A stretch of DNA of 64,000 bases from assembly GCF_009914755.1 (NCBI RefSeq), contig NC_060926.1. The stretch is one strand, 5' to 3'. A program made the translations under genes and the position numbers. Source of the stretch: the human T2T-CHM13v2.0 reference genome, Homo sapiens. Below the pieces are notes generated by a model that was given only the letters and a program-made list of their open reading frames with translations, did no database searches and was not told the origin of the DNA. Below, piece after piece: positions 46,168-58,695 of the stretch. The stretch's first letter is position 1; each line of letters opens with the position of its first letter.

Positions 46168-46582
46168 CCTAGAGCCAGGGTGCTTGAAATGCCTAAAAAC
46201 CGTGTCTACTGGAGTCTGCAAGTTGTCTCCACTTTTTTCCTAATGTCCCTTTGTGTGTCCTACCACAGACTTAAAATCCACACCAGCCTCTCAGAAGGCC
46301 TTTTGCATTTCTCAGTAACTGCACAGCAAGGTTACCTGTCATCTTGGCCTTTTACCATGTCCATCAGACTATAAAATGGCTAAAATGTTTTTGAGGTTTG
46401 GTTCTCTGAAAAATGGGTTGTATTTTACAGATAGTGAAAGGGTCAAGCTGTAGTGTATGGTATCACTAGACTAGGAAACAATCTACCAAGGGCCAACCCT
46501 TGGGTTGCTGCCCCTTGACAATTTCCGCCTTTATTATAAACTAAGGGAGGTGTCATAGGTTCTTCCCTATATAGAGCACTCT

Positions 46583-47304
46583 TGACGTAAGTGACACCAT
46601 CTTAGAAAAAGACTCCATCTTACATGTCAAAAGGCATCATGCCAACAGGGAACAGATGGCCACCTAATCAATAAAGACCACACCCAACCAGACAGGGACA
46701 TCACCAGCCCTCTTCTACTATCAGTCCTTGCCAGAGGTCTCAGGGCTATAAGAAGAGCAGGATTTCACCGGCTTGAGATGGTCGTCTTAACAGAGCCTTG
46801 CTCTGTTGTTGCTCGTGATCAGCACCTGGCATCTGCTGCCAAAGACTCTGCCCACATCAGAGACTCTTGATGTCTGTCCGGAACAGGCCAGGACACTCTC
46901 ATCCACGTTGCTCTCATTGGATTGGCTCATTAACCCTTTCTTCTATCCCCTTCTCACTCTTTTTTTTTCAAAGCCACACTTATGCTCTGTTATCCCCTTT
47001 CTCTCGATGTTAAATGTTACTGTTCCATGTGGAATGTTTAATATAGCATTTATATATTGATTAAGTTAAGGACACTGCTGTGTATGGTTTGCAATATTGA
47101 CTGACTTGCAGAGTGGCTCGAGCCTGAGTGCTCACAGCTCTGACTACCAGTTGAACAGGACGTACTAAGGAGAATCACTTCCTTGGGAACTCCATGTAAC
47201 TTGTGGCTTTTGTGATTGAAATAGCATCAGTAAAAGTCTGACCCTGTGGAAAGACACAAATGTGCGTGGACCTGGCTATGTCTGACTTTGTGCTGCTCAG
47301 GACA
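46583..47304 (+). mobile_element. Solo ERV LTR, ~720 bp, family uncertain
   Basis: TG...CA termini flanked by CTCT on both sides; CCATCTT repeats near the start; AGTAAA poly(A)-like signal ~70 bp before the end. Confidence 0.65.
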
Positions 47305-49019
47305 CTCTCTGTAACCAAAAGTGAGAGAGCCTGGAAGACCTCAGGGGGTCAGATGTTTGAAGGAGCTGCTGAGTATCCTGGCAGGCAGCAGAGCCTCACC
47401 ATCAGTTTGCTGCATGGAAGGCTGTGTGCCTCTATTTCCCTGCTATTTGTTGAACTCCCTTGAGCTCCGGTCCTTCCTAAGTGAGAGAGATGATCCCAAT
47501 AGCACCAACCTGAGAGGGCTGGGGAGATGTTTGAAGGAAAGCTTGGCTGGGGAGCTGTAGCTGGCCTGTGGTACATGCTTGGTAACTGGTGGCCAGGAGA
47601 CCCGGGTGTGTGTCCTGGGACTGTCACACTCTGCTGACGAGGGTATTGAAAGTCCCCACTCAAAGACACAGAATCTTCCTGACCAAGTGTAGGTCTGTAA
47701 TGACGTGTGGAGCACTTTGCAGAAACTGCTTCTCAGCGGGGGTCCCCTTGAAAAGGTGCTAAGTCTGCTCAGAGATACGTGGCTGAAGCTCTAGACGCGG
47801 GAGCCTCTGTCAGAGACAAGGGCAGGGGGACTCAAGTGCTGCTGCCTGGCTCCCCTGCCTTGACAGCTCTAGCAGCACACGAGTCTGATTTATACAAAGA
47901 ACCCATCTCATATCTCCCTAAAATTAGTCTGTGATAAGCAATATACATTTCCTGAGTGTGCGGTCTAGGTTTTAATATTCTGAAAAATAAAAACAGTGGT
48001 CTCTTGAGAGCTGAACAGTTTGGTAGTTACTGAGCAGGCTCCATCCTCCTTGGCAATTCTTTTGAAATCTCAAAAAGTTGGCTTCCTATACTGTTAGAAT
48101 CTGATGTGAGTCAAGAATGGACAGGGTGTGAGTTCCTCACTCGTCCCTTTTCTATGCATTGAGGAAGACCTCGGTGCTGCCAATGGGGCAGAGGAAGCTC
48201 AAGTGTGTTTTTGCATGAGGCTGGCTGGAAGCTCTGGCTTGGGCTCTCAGCAGTGAGGTACTGGCAGTTCCTTGGATGTCACAGCAAATCGAAGCTCGTG
48301 GTCTTCACTTCCTCCTACCTTGAGACTTACTGCGCAGAAAGTAGAGGCTTGGATGGTTCAACTTCAGGGGCAAAACAGCCTGCCTTGGGGGTGGGACTGG
48401 GGGTATGCATCTGTGCCACTGCTTCTCTCCCTTTGTCAGTTTACCATGCCAGCAGCCTTCTGTCTGTTATCGGGAACAGAAAGAGCACGATTTGGGAGCT
48501 AGCTGGGGAGCTTCCCGAAGGTTGCCTGAGCTGCATTTGGGGCCCCTGATGAGGGCTTCTATTCAGGGTGATGTGTGTGACCCTGAGGCCATCTCTCAGA
48601 TCTGGGGGGAAGTGAGGTTGTGTACCCACAGTGGGGAGACCTACCTGGCGGCTCATCAATATTAGACACCTGCAGGAACAGCAGGTCAGCCAAGCCAAAG
48701 AGTAAGAGTGGCCCTGTCTGTGACTAGACGCTTCTTCAGGGTTGCCTCAACACCGGAGTGGCGCTGGTGGTCTCCACCCACTCCCAGTGTACGCTGGCGT
48801 CTAGGAAGCCATGTGTGTGATCGGCCCTGAATTAGGGGCAAAACTTTTAGTTCTCAGATGAACTGTCGTGGGTTTATTCAGTGATAACTAGACAGCCAGG
48901 CCAACATGGAGTTGATTCATCCATGCAAAACCTCCCAGACAAGGCCTTTCAGTGGAGAACTGGAATTCAGGGTCTTCTCAGCTTTGGCCAGAAGCCAAAG
49001 GTAGGAGAGGTAGGAGAGA

Positions 49020-49140
49020 CCCAGGTCCTGGTCCCAGCTGTGTCCCATCCAGAGTGACCTTGGGAAGGTTGCCAACTTCCTTTTTCGGTGAGCCTTGCTT
49101 TCTTCACCTGCAAGGTGAAGGGTTGGTTGGATGATCCGTA
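49020..49140 (+). mobile_element. MIR fragment
   Basis: GTGACCTTGGGAAGGT...TGAGCCTTGCTTTCTTCACCTGCAA. Confidence 0.6.
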
Positions 49141-51238
49141 AGGGCCGGCCACCTCTCACTCTGTGACTTTGGCCCAAGGTCCACATGGTTGGGTGTTCCA
49201 TACTGTAGCCCTCCTGGGCTATTACATTTTGGTTTTTCATTGCACTCAAAAGTGGGGGTAACTGGTGAGGGGCACGGGTTGGTAAACCACCTCTCTATTT
49301 CAGTGATGAAACTAAAGAAACCAGGTTTCCCCTTCCACCCCTACAGGCCACTGATGCATTACTTAGTTCCTGTTTCTCTTTGCCCACCCAGGAAGACACT
49401 GCGTATGAAATCCTGGGCCCAGATGCTGGACTTTAAGCCACATTAGAAAATGCTAGCTCATAGGACTCAAAACGGGAAGCTGGCTTTCCCAACAGATTCA
49501 TCTGGGCAGTGTTCTTCCCAGAATGTGTAGGAATCATGGGGCCAGGTTCGCCAAGGCTCAGGAAGCTCGGTTTTTCACTGTCACTAGCCAATGAGGCCTT
49601 TAAGGAAAAAACAGATAAGACTGTAGGAGTTTATATGGATCCGTTAACTCACTTGTACAAGACATTGGGAAAGATACTGGGGGTGGGGGGGAAACAATAC
49701 AGAGTTTCAAAAGATAAATAGAGACTGTCATAACCACCACATGTCCTGGCAGCCAGGGCTACGGGGTCAGGAGAAGCTTTATTCCCTGGCCTGCAGCACT
49801 GCAAGAGACCCTAGGAGGAGGAGAGCTCCGCCAGGCCCTGCAGGCTGGGCAGCCTGCCTTCGGCCACATTTCCTAACACCACTCAGCAGAGCCCTGCCAG
49901 CAAAGGTCATTGTGCAAAAAATGTTATGCCCCATATATGTTTGGGAAGTGCACAATAATTTAAACAGCTTTCTTATTTCTTAACTTCTCTGGGTATTTTG
50001 TGTGCTACTGTATCTTGTGAATGAATCTCAAGAGGAAGGATGAAGCTTTTCCAAAATCACATGCCTTCATCTCATTTTACAGAAAAATTTGTGCCTAATA
50101 TTAACCAAAGGAAATGGGGAGCGGCAGGGCCAGTGGGTTTTCATGGTGAACTGAGGGTTGCATCTTGGACAGGTTGCATGTGGAAGGGACAGCAGGGTTC
50201 CCAAGGAAGCTTTGCACGGTCATGGGTAGAGCCATCCCTTCTTCATCCATAGTGAATATGGCTGGAAATAGCGGGTAGTCTTGGATTTGACCTCCCTCCC
50301 ATGGAAGTGCTGTCTCCAGCTCACTCCTGGAAAAACTGCTTTCTCCCCAAAGTGTGTCTGAGCAGCAGATTTAAGCATGAAGTTGGTTTTGTGGGGCTAC
50401 AGTATGGACTTTGGGAAGATGGTGCCATCTGTATTTCTGATTCTACCGTCCCTCTGTCTGTCTTTGGAAGTATCCTTTCACTTGTTTGGGAGACTGAGAA
50501 TGATTTTCTGCAAACAGTGAGCCAGACCATGCTGGTCTCAAGCGGCAGAGCAGTTATTAACAGAATCACAGTCTTTCTGGAGCTGCTGTCAGTCCTGTGC
50601 TGTCCTCAGGGCCTTTGCTTGGTCAGGGGCCCCACTTCTTATCCACCCTTCCCTCTACCTCACCGAGGCTGCTAGGCCCAGGTGTATTGTGATTATTTGA
50701 TGTACCTGGGAGGCCATGTCTCCCGGGGAGGCTCAGGACCTCATTGGGCTGGAATTCCACAGGGATCTCTCATTGGGTCTCTTTGGGCCTTTGGAGAGGG
50801 GAGTGCAGGGCACCACCTGGGCAAACACCTGTGCCATCCTGTAAGTCCTTGTGTGACTCTTCATCCAAGTCAACAGGGGCATGTAGGGGAAGAGCCTCAG
50901 GGCCCATCAGGAGTCAGACCCTGACCAGGAAGTCAGAACTGAATCAACTTTTCAATAAACACACAGGCTGGCCCCAAACAAAGCAGCAGGCTTTTGGGAA
51001 CATCTGCCTTTTCAGTCTCTTCTGAATTCTGTTTATGTGGACACCCCATGTCCCGCACCACCATTGCCGCCAGCAATGTTTGTTGCTTGCCAATATTTGA
51101 ATAGATGCTGATAAATTTGATTCTCTGGCTTATTGTGGCATTCATGATATGTCTTTCCCTTTTCAGTTTCCATGTACTAGAGCGACTGTCAGTGTGGTTG
51201 GCAGTGACCTGTGTTTTTCATGCATGTTTTTGTTTCAG

Positions 51239-51549
51239 AATAACTGGGAGATGAAACAGGAAGCTCTATGACACACTTGATCGAATATGACAGACACCGA
51301 AAATCACGACTCAGCCCCCTCCAGCACCTCTACCTGTTGCCCGCCGATCACAGCCGGAATGCAGCTGAAAGATTCCCTGGGGCCTGGTTCCAACCGCCCA
51401 CTGTGGACTCTGAGGCCTCTGCATTTGTGGGTGGTCTGCCTGTGATATTTTGGTCATGGGCTGGTCTGGTCGGTTTCCCATTTGTCTGGCCAGTCTCTAT
51501 GTGTCTTAATCCCTTGTCCTTCATTAAAAGCAAAACTAAAGAAAACAGA
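51239..51549 (+). ncRNA. CYTOR: CYTOR (LINC00152) shared/terminal exon; paralogous to MIR4435-2HG
   Basis: Recognised from memory (AATAACTGGGAGATGAAACAGGAAGCTC...AAAATCACGACTCAGCCCCCTCCAGCACCTCTACCTGTTG...TCATTAAAAGCAAAACTAAAG). Seen directly: acceptor TGTTTTTGTTTCAG ending 51238 and ATTAAA at 51523-51528. Confidence 0.88.
51287..51445 (+). CDS. Putative 52-aa smORF MTDTENHDSAPSSTSTCCPPITAGMQLKDSLGPGSNRPLWTLRPLHLWVVCL; translation unproven
   Basis: Translated by hand; ATG with A at -3; TGA at 51443-51445; lies wholly within the exon; below the 60-aa cutoff of the ORF track. Confidence 0.3.
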   Translation: MTDTENHDSAPSSTSTCCPPITAGMQLKDSLGPGSNRPLWTLRPLHLWVVCL

Positions 51550-51560
51550 ATTGTTTGCTT
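51523..51560 (+). terminator. Polyadenylation signal ATTAAA with downstream GU/U-rich element
   Basis: ATTAAA at 51523-51528 and TTGTTTGCTT at 51551-51560; cleavage inferred at ~51540-51550. Confidence 0.75.
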
Positions 51561-53588
51561 ATTAGCTATCTTTAAACGCTGATTGAAAGGATATCGAATA
51601 GTGTTTGAGGGAACCCTGGCACGTCCACACAGCTCATCTGACATGTTTAAATGTGTGTTGGGCTTGACTCTCTCATAACTCAGCCACGCTTGCCTTGCTG
51701 CTTCTCATACCTCTCCAGATTGCTGTAGAGTCAGTGTGGGCAGACTGACATTTGAGAGAAACGTCGGGCTTCATCTGGAAGCCTCTTTCCACACCCACCC
51801 TGATCGTGGCCTGTAAACTGTGACCCCAAGATTTCCATTAACCTTGGGCTTTCCACTAGAGACATCTGCCATCTCTGCTGCCTCCCTCCCCTCACACATC
51901 CTTTACTGCTTCACTTATTCATCCCATAAGGATTTCTTAGGGGCCTGCTGTGTGCTGGTTCTGGAGACAAAACAGTGGATGGGACCAACTCAGCCCCGGT
52001 CCCCACCCAGCACCTCTAGCCAAGTCTGAGTGGGCTCTGCTGAAGAAGTGTTGGGTGCAGTGCACAGTTCATCATGGTCAATGGCTCCATCCCATTTCAC
52101 TTAGATGCCCCAATTTCCTAAATGCTTTCTTGAACTCTGACACTCTGGGACTGGCACCTGAACAGTCTATAAAACGGTGAAATGTCGAAGCATTCCTGCT
52201 GTGTAATCCCACTCTCTTCCCCAACCTCAAGCAGGACAATTTGACCCCCTCCTGAGGACATGGCCAGACAGGCCATTAGTAGAAGCCTTCCAGAACTTTC
52301 TGGCAATCTTCACTTTTAAGCTTAGCAAACATCTAAGAATAATTTTAAATGACCATGTTTACTCTTTTGTACTTGTTGGAATTAGTTTACCAATAGGCCA
52401 TGATGGTGATCACAAAACCCCCTATGTACATGCACAGTGTTCATTGCAATGCATATCCAGGTCTCAACCCAATGTCCCTTTCTCAAGGAGAATTCCCTGA
52501 GCACCATGTCGTGAGAGAACCCTCCTTCCTCCCCACCATTTCTCTCTATCTTGTGATTTTATTTTATTTTATTCATAGACTTATCATTATCAGCACTTAT
52601 CCTGAATGTTCAATTATCATCTGTCTGTCTCTCACTCCACTCCCAAAAGGCAGACTGTGGTCTGTCTTATTTCCCGGTCTGTCCCCGGCGTTTGAGATCC
52701 GAGCCTCATCAACAACTATGTGCTGACTGGGTTCATCCTCTTATTACTTCTCAGGCACACCGAGATGCTGAGCAGCCCAGTGCTCTGACCATGTTTGGTG
52801 GATAAGGAAACTGATCTGAGTCTGGTGAATGGCCTCACTAGGGTGAGGACCCAGGCTTTCCTCTGGGACATCACCCAGCAGAAAAGGGTGATTGTGAACT
52901 CTCTACTGTCTGGACAGTCAGGTTCTCATCAGAAACCAAGCTTTGCCCTGCTGATGAACTTCCTAAAGTTTATGTAATTTGCCCCCATCCTGGAAGATAA
53001 AGACCACTGTGTTGTGGAGGGAAATAGCCTCAGCTGGGCGTCTCTGGCTGCTACTTTCTCCAGCAGAACACTAAGAAGATCAGATGAGATGAATACAAAG
53101 ATTCCACCCTGCCCTGAGTTTCTGCTGGTTCTACCTGGCTAGGTTCTAGCAGAAGAGAAGGAAGTATACAAGGGTAACATGTGCAAGGGCCGTGTACAAG
53201 GGTAACATGGGCATCAGGGACAGTCCTCCTGAGGATGTGAGGAGCCAGGCCCAACTGTGGGCTGGCAGCCTGCCCCAGGGGTTGCTCACACTCACCTAAC
53301 TCCGGCCCCTCTGGACACACCCTTGCCCAGGTGCAAGGGGCTCCACTGGGAAGAACATCTCCACCCAAGTGATCACTCTTCCTCTGCGTTTTTGAGCAGG
53401 ATGAAACCACATTCTCTACCCATTTCGCAGTCTTACCCCCAGGATTATTTATGACCTCAAAAAGATGAAAGTCACAGGTGCAGGGAGGACCAGACGTAAC
53501 CCATATGATGCCTGCAGGATAGTTAGTTCACAAGGATATTAGGAGAAAGAGCAAAAGAGAAGTGACCACACAATTCTAGATGGTTAAA

Positions 53589-53767
53589 GCAATAGTTCTG
53601 ACCCTGGCCAGACATTAGAATTACCCAGAGGTTATAAAAAATCCAGACACCCAGGATCCACTTGGACCAATCACATCAGAATCTGGGGATTGAGGGGGTG
53701 TAGACATCCGTATTTTTTACAACTCTGCAGGTAATTTCAATGCATAGCCAAGACTGAGAAACATTGG
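53589..53767. mobile_element. MER5-like (hAT-Charlie)
   Basis: ACATTAGAATTACC...ATCAGAATCTGGGG...CAGGTAATTTCAATGCATAGCCAAGACTGAGAAAC. Confidence 0.7.
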
Positions 53768-53774
53768 TCTCTCA

Positions 53775-53973
53775 ACGTACCATCCAATGTGGTAGCTGTT
53801 AGCCACAGATATCTATGGAACCTTTAAAATGTGGCTTGTACAACCAAGGGACTGAATTTTTAAATTCCTTTTTATTTTAAATTTAAATATCCACATGTGA
53901 CTTGTGGCTGCCATATTGGACTGTGCAGGTACAGAACATGTCTACGATCACAGGAAGTTCTACTGGCTAGTGT
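53775..53973. mobile_element. MER3/MER33-like (hAT-Charlie)
   Basis: TCCAATGTGGTAGC..TAGCCACA...AAATGTGGCT...ACTGAATTTTTAAATT...CCACATGTG..TGTGGCTGCCATATTGGAC. Confidence 0.75.
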
Positions 53974-54190
53974 GGTCCAGGGGAACCTGGAGTCCTATAA
54001 CTGCCGAGTGAAATCCTGCTGATCCTGAAGGGACTTTAAGGTAATTCTGTCTGTTAACTTCACTAACAAGCCCTCCTGTCTTGGGTTTGTTGTATATTTT
54101 TCATCTATGTTTCAAGCCAGGGCTTGTGCAGCAGCAAGGGTGACAAACTTTCAAAGCACTGCACTGTAGGATTGAAAAGCATTGAAAATA

Positions 54191-54583
54191 CAGTTATGCA
54201 CTCACTAATGTCTCAGTCAACAATGGACTGCATATACAATAGTGGTCCCATAAGATTATAATGGAGCTGAAAAATTCCTATCACCTAGTGATGTTGCAAC
54301 TGTCATAATGTTGTAGCACAATGCATTATCTTTTCTGTGTGAAGACATGTTTAGATGCACATATTCTTACCGTTGTGTTACAATTGCCTACAGTATTTAG
54401 TGCACTGAAATGCCGTACGAGTGCGTAGCCTAGAAGCAATAGGCCATACCATATAGCCTAGGCAGGTAGTAGGCTATGCCATCTAGGATTGTGTAAGTAT
54501 ACTCTGTGATGTTCGCATCACAAAGAAATTGCCTAACGATGCATTTCTCAGACTGTATCCCTCTCATTAGCAATGCATGATTG
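54191..54583. mobile_element. Tigger3/MER7-type non-autonomous DNA transposon
   Basis: TA target duplication on both sides; terminal inverted repeats CAGTTATGCA / TGCATGATTG; GGTCCCATAAGATTATAAT and CCATATAGCCTAGG motifs. Confidence 0.85.
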
Positions 54584-55338
54584 TATCTGTAAAAATCTAA
54601 GGCCCAGACCTCAGTCTTTTGGTGTTCATTCTGCTGGTTTACTCAGTTTGCACCGTTGAAGACCCAGTCCTAGAAAGGAGCTTTCTAAATTATTGTTTAA
54701 TTAGTGTAATCCAAGAATTTATGAGACTTTTGGAAAAGCAGAGCGCTAGAAGTGCCACCTTTCGGAGGTCACGGATTTAGTCAGGTGACCCAGCAAACTC
54801 AACTCGTTGGGGTTAGAGATGGAGAATTAGAACCAAAGCTGAATCACTTTCTGCTTATCACTCATAGACTGCCAGATTTTCTTTTTTTGTTGGAGGGAAA
54901 GCACCTTACAACAAATAATAATACTATTTTGAATTTCAGAGCTTTCCCTTTTTCAAAGCACTTTACCACCTCTGACTTATTTTGTCCTCCTAACAAGGCC
55001 ATAAGATAAGGAAGGGAGGGCTTTTTAGAGCCTGTCTAACACCCTAAGACAGAGCTTAATATTGCTGAAGGCATTGAAAAGTATAGGTTTTGTTCTCTCA
55101 TCCCTGGCCACACTCAAGTACTTAGTGGCACAACTTGAAGCAAATTGACATAGATGTTTAATCCTACAGTGGACTGTGTTTTTAATAGACACTAGAGCTT
55201 CACATTTGTTCTCTTTGGTTCCATCCCAGGTTTCTAACCTTGTGCCTAAATTTTTGGGGGCCCTTTCTTCCTCAGAGCTTTGTGTGTTCTGCAAATTTGG
55301 TAAATATGCCTTCATTTACCATGTCTCTTTCCAAGGTG

Positions 55339-55445
55339 GGTTTCACCATGTTGGCCAGGATGGTCTTGATCTCTTGACCTCGTGATCCACCCACCTCAGC
55401 CTCCCAAAGTGCTAGGATTATAGGCGTGAGCCACCGCACCCAACC
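55339..55445 (-). mobile_element. Alu left arm only (AluSc-like), no right arm or tail
   Basis: GGTTTCACCATGTTGGCCAGGATGGTCTTGATCTCTTGACCTCGTGATCC...CACCGCACCCAACC flanked by TCCAAGGTG direct repeats. Confidence 0.9.
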
Positions 55446-57582
55446 TCCAAGGTGTTTTTTAAATGGTGAATGGGACAGAACACAGGACAGAGTCCCATGG
55501 CTCTCCATGAAGAAAGTCCTGTGTCACTTCAAAGGATGTCCCCTGTGCAGAACCAACCACGCTAGGCTGACATCCTCACTTTTGGGTCCCCAACCTTCTC
55601 ATGGGTAGAGCTGCAGAGAGTCATTTCAAACCACACTTGCCTGTGGGCAGAAAGCACGGAATTGTCTGTCCAACTGGGGACTCAGGAGCAGCCTGGCTGT
55701 CTGCAGCAGCTGCAAAGGGAGCAAAGGCAAGCAGGACTTCCATGAGTTAGGAGGTGGCCTTCTTTGGAGATGAGTGTCCTGCCAATTGCAAGTCCTCCTG
55801 GTCACACCATCATCTGGCCCATCTTTTGTATCTTAGATCGGATAGGGTGAGAGGTTTTCAAAGGCTTTACTGAAATCAAGACACACTTTCTGGGGCATTC
55901 CCCTAATCGACTGTTCTGGTGAAGCTCGTCAAAACAGGAAATGAGGTTAGCATGGAATGACTTTCTCTTAGAGAACTTATGTTGCTTCCTTGAGACCACC
56001 AATTTCTTCCCAAAAGCTTGTGAGCCTTATTTCGTGTCTCTTTTGGGTTTTCTTGGAACTTGGAGGAAGTCTGTTCTTCTGTAGTTTTTAGAATCCATTC
56101 CTCTGGAAAATGGTGGTGGTGTTTGCTTATTCCCAGCCTTCCAGACTCTCTCCCTTTTTCTCCAGTATCTCTAAGATGTTTGCAAGTTTGTCTGAAGTGA
56201 GATCTGCACATACTTGAACTACAGCAAGAATGGGATTGACCCACATGCTCTGTGCCCACGACCAGGCTGACAGGGCCGCATGTGGGCTCTCTGGCATGGG
56301 CTTTAGGCAGCTCCTTCCCCTGAGAAGCTGTTGGATCCACATTTTCTCACGGTATCAAAAACGGCAGGAAGAGAAAACTAACCTGGTGGAGATGAAACTT
56401 AGTGGGAACACTCCGCTTTCCTCCCCTGCTCCGTGTGTGAGCACTTGGCTCAGAAATGCACTGTGGCTGAGACAGCCCTATCTGGCTTCACCTAAGCCTA
56501 CCCCCGTGTTGAGTTCTTTAACTTAGTTATCAAAGCGGCAAGGGTTTCAGATCTAGACAAGCTGCATCATGCTTATTTTTGCTGAGGTTTTCTGACAAAT
56601 GGCTCTACTTGAAATTTCCAGATTTAAATGTCTGTTTTATTAAAACTAAAGTACTTTTGAGTCATATTTGCTTTTATGTAGTAGAAGCAAGTAGAAGAGA
56701 GTCCATGGGAAGGAATAGCTGGCTTTGCCTCACAGGTGTTTAGGGAGGACTGCTGTCTCCAATGCAAGACCTGGATTACCGTTTAGAGATCCACCTACCC
56801 CTCATGATGCTCTTGTTGCTGGAATCATGGTCTGTTTCATGCTTTACGTGACTTAGCAGGACCTTGAAAGCTGTCCTGAGTGCCCATGCTGGAATGGGGT
56901 AGATTTCAGTTCCCTCTCCCTCACTCCCGCATGAACCTCAGCCTCACTCTACTCAGGTCTAGGGTACTTAGTGTGTTCAGTGATGATTGTCTACATAGAT
57001 GGATTAATACATATGCACCTTTATAATCATCCCAGCTACCATCTAAGGTTCTAGCTTTCTCTGGAGACATTTTTGGTGGTTTACAATGTTATTTTCCAGT
57101 GCGCATAGCAGGCCCCAGAGGCAAGGTGATCACCCCTTTGTTTCAGTTAAGAAAACTGAGTTTTAGTGAGGACAATCAATTTTTCCCATATCACAAAACT
57201 GGTCATGTGATGCTGCATCCCATATTTAAGTCCAGAGCAGTGAGCTTCTCCCTATCCCTCTATTATGCTGCCATTTTGTATTTTGTAGGTGTGTAAAATC
57301 AAATGTCATTCTTCCTTAAAAAGGACTGTGAATGGTAAGCAACAGTTGGGAAGGGTGACACCAGACAATGGCTGAAAACAGGGCGACTGGAAGTTGACTG
57401 ATGGGTGCTGAGCGCTTGGCATCCGTTCCTGCTGCAGACCCCACTGGAGTCTCCTCAGAAGGGGACACTGGTGGCTTCCATTGGCCCTGCCTCCCGCCAG
57501 GGCTGTGTGAGGATCCACATGGGCTGGGATGAGGGTGGATGTTGTTCTCTGAAAACTGTCCACTACTCAAAAGTGATGTTGT

Positions 57583-58003
<421 letters not shown>

Positions 58004-58695
58004 TTATGCTCGCCTCAGCTAGGTGCCGAGTACCTGCTAGAGGAGTGAATTCGGTCTTTATTCTTCAGAGGCACTGGTCAGAGGGTGGAAACATCAGACA
58101 GGGACTCCTGGGCCCCCAGGCAGGACTCCAGGGGGATGGAGCCGGGGATGGAACATTTGAGAATCACCAACATGCAGCAAGGACATTAGTGAGAAATGAG
58201 TTCCACCTGCCAGAAGGGAATCTGAGAAGGGAATGCACAAATCAGGAAAATATACCATCAAAAACTACGACTCTTCTACCTCCAGCCCTCGCCACCAACT
58301 CCTATCCCATTATTTTATATCCGAGAGGGTTGATAGGCAGCAGACACACTGATTCTGTAAGCATTGTCCCTAGTCCCTGTAGGCGAGGTGACCATGTACC
58401 CAAGTTCACTCAAGGTGGTCCTGTCCATGCCTATTAGAAATGAGTTCATAATTCCTTTCAGCTCCGCCTTTCACTCTCGAGCGTGCCCTTGCTTGATGAT
58501 TCCTATCTGGCTTGGATACCCTCACTTATATTACCTTATATCTGCTATTATATTTCCCCAAGAAGTTGCTTTACAAACACTGACTCCTCAACACACGGTC
58601 ATCTCTAAAAGAAAGGGTGTTTGGCAGTTCCTCGACAGTTCTGGAAAGGCTGCCTTACTAGAAGCAGAGTCAGCCATGGGGGGGTGAGAACAAAA

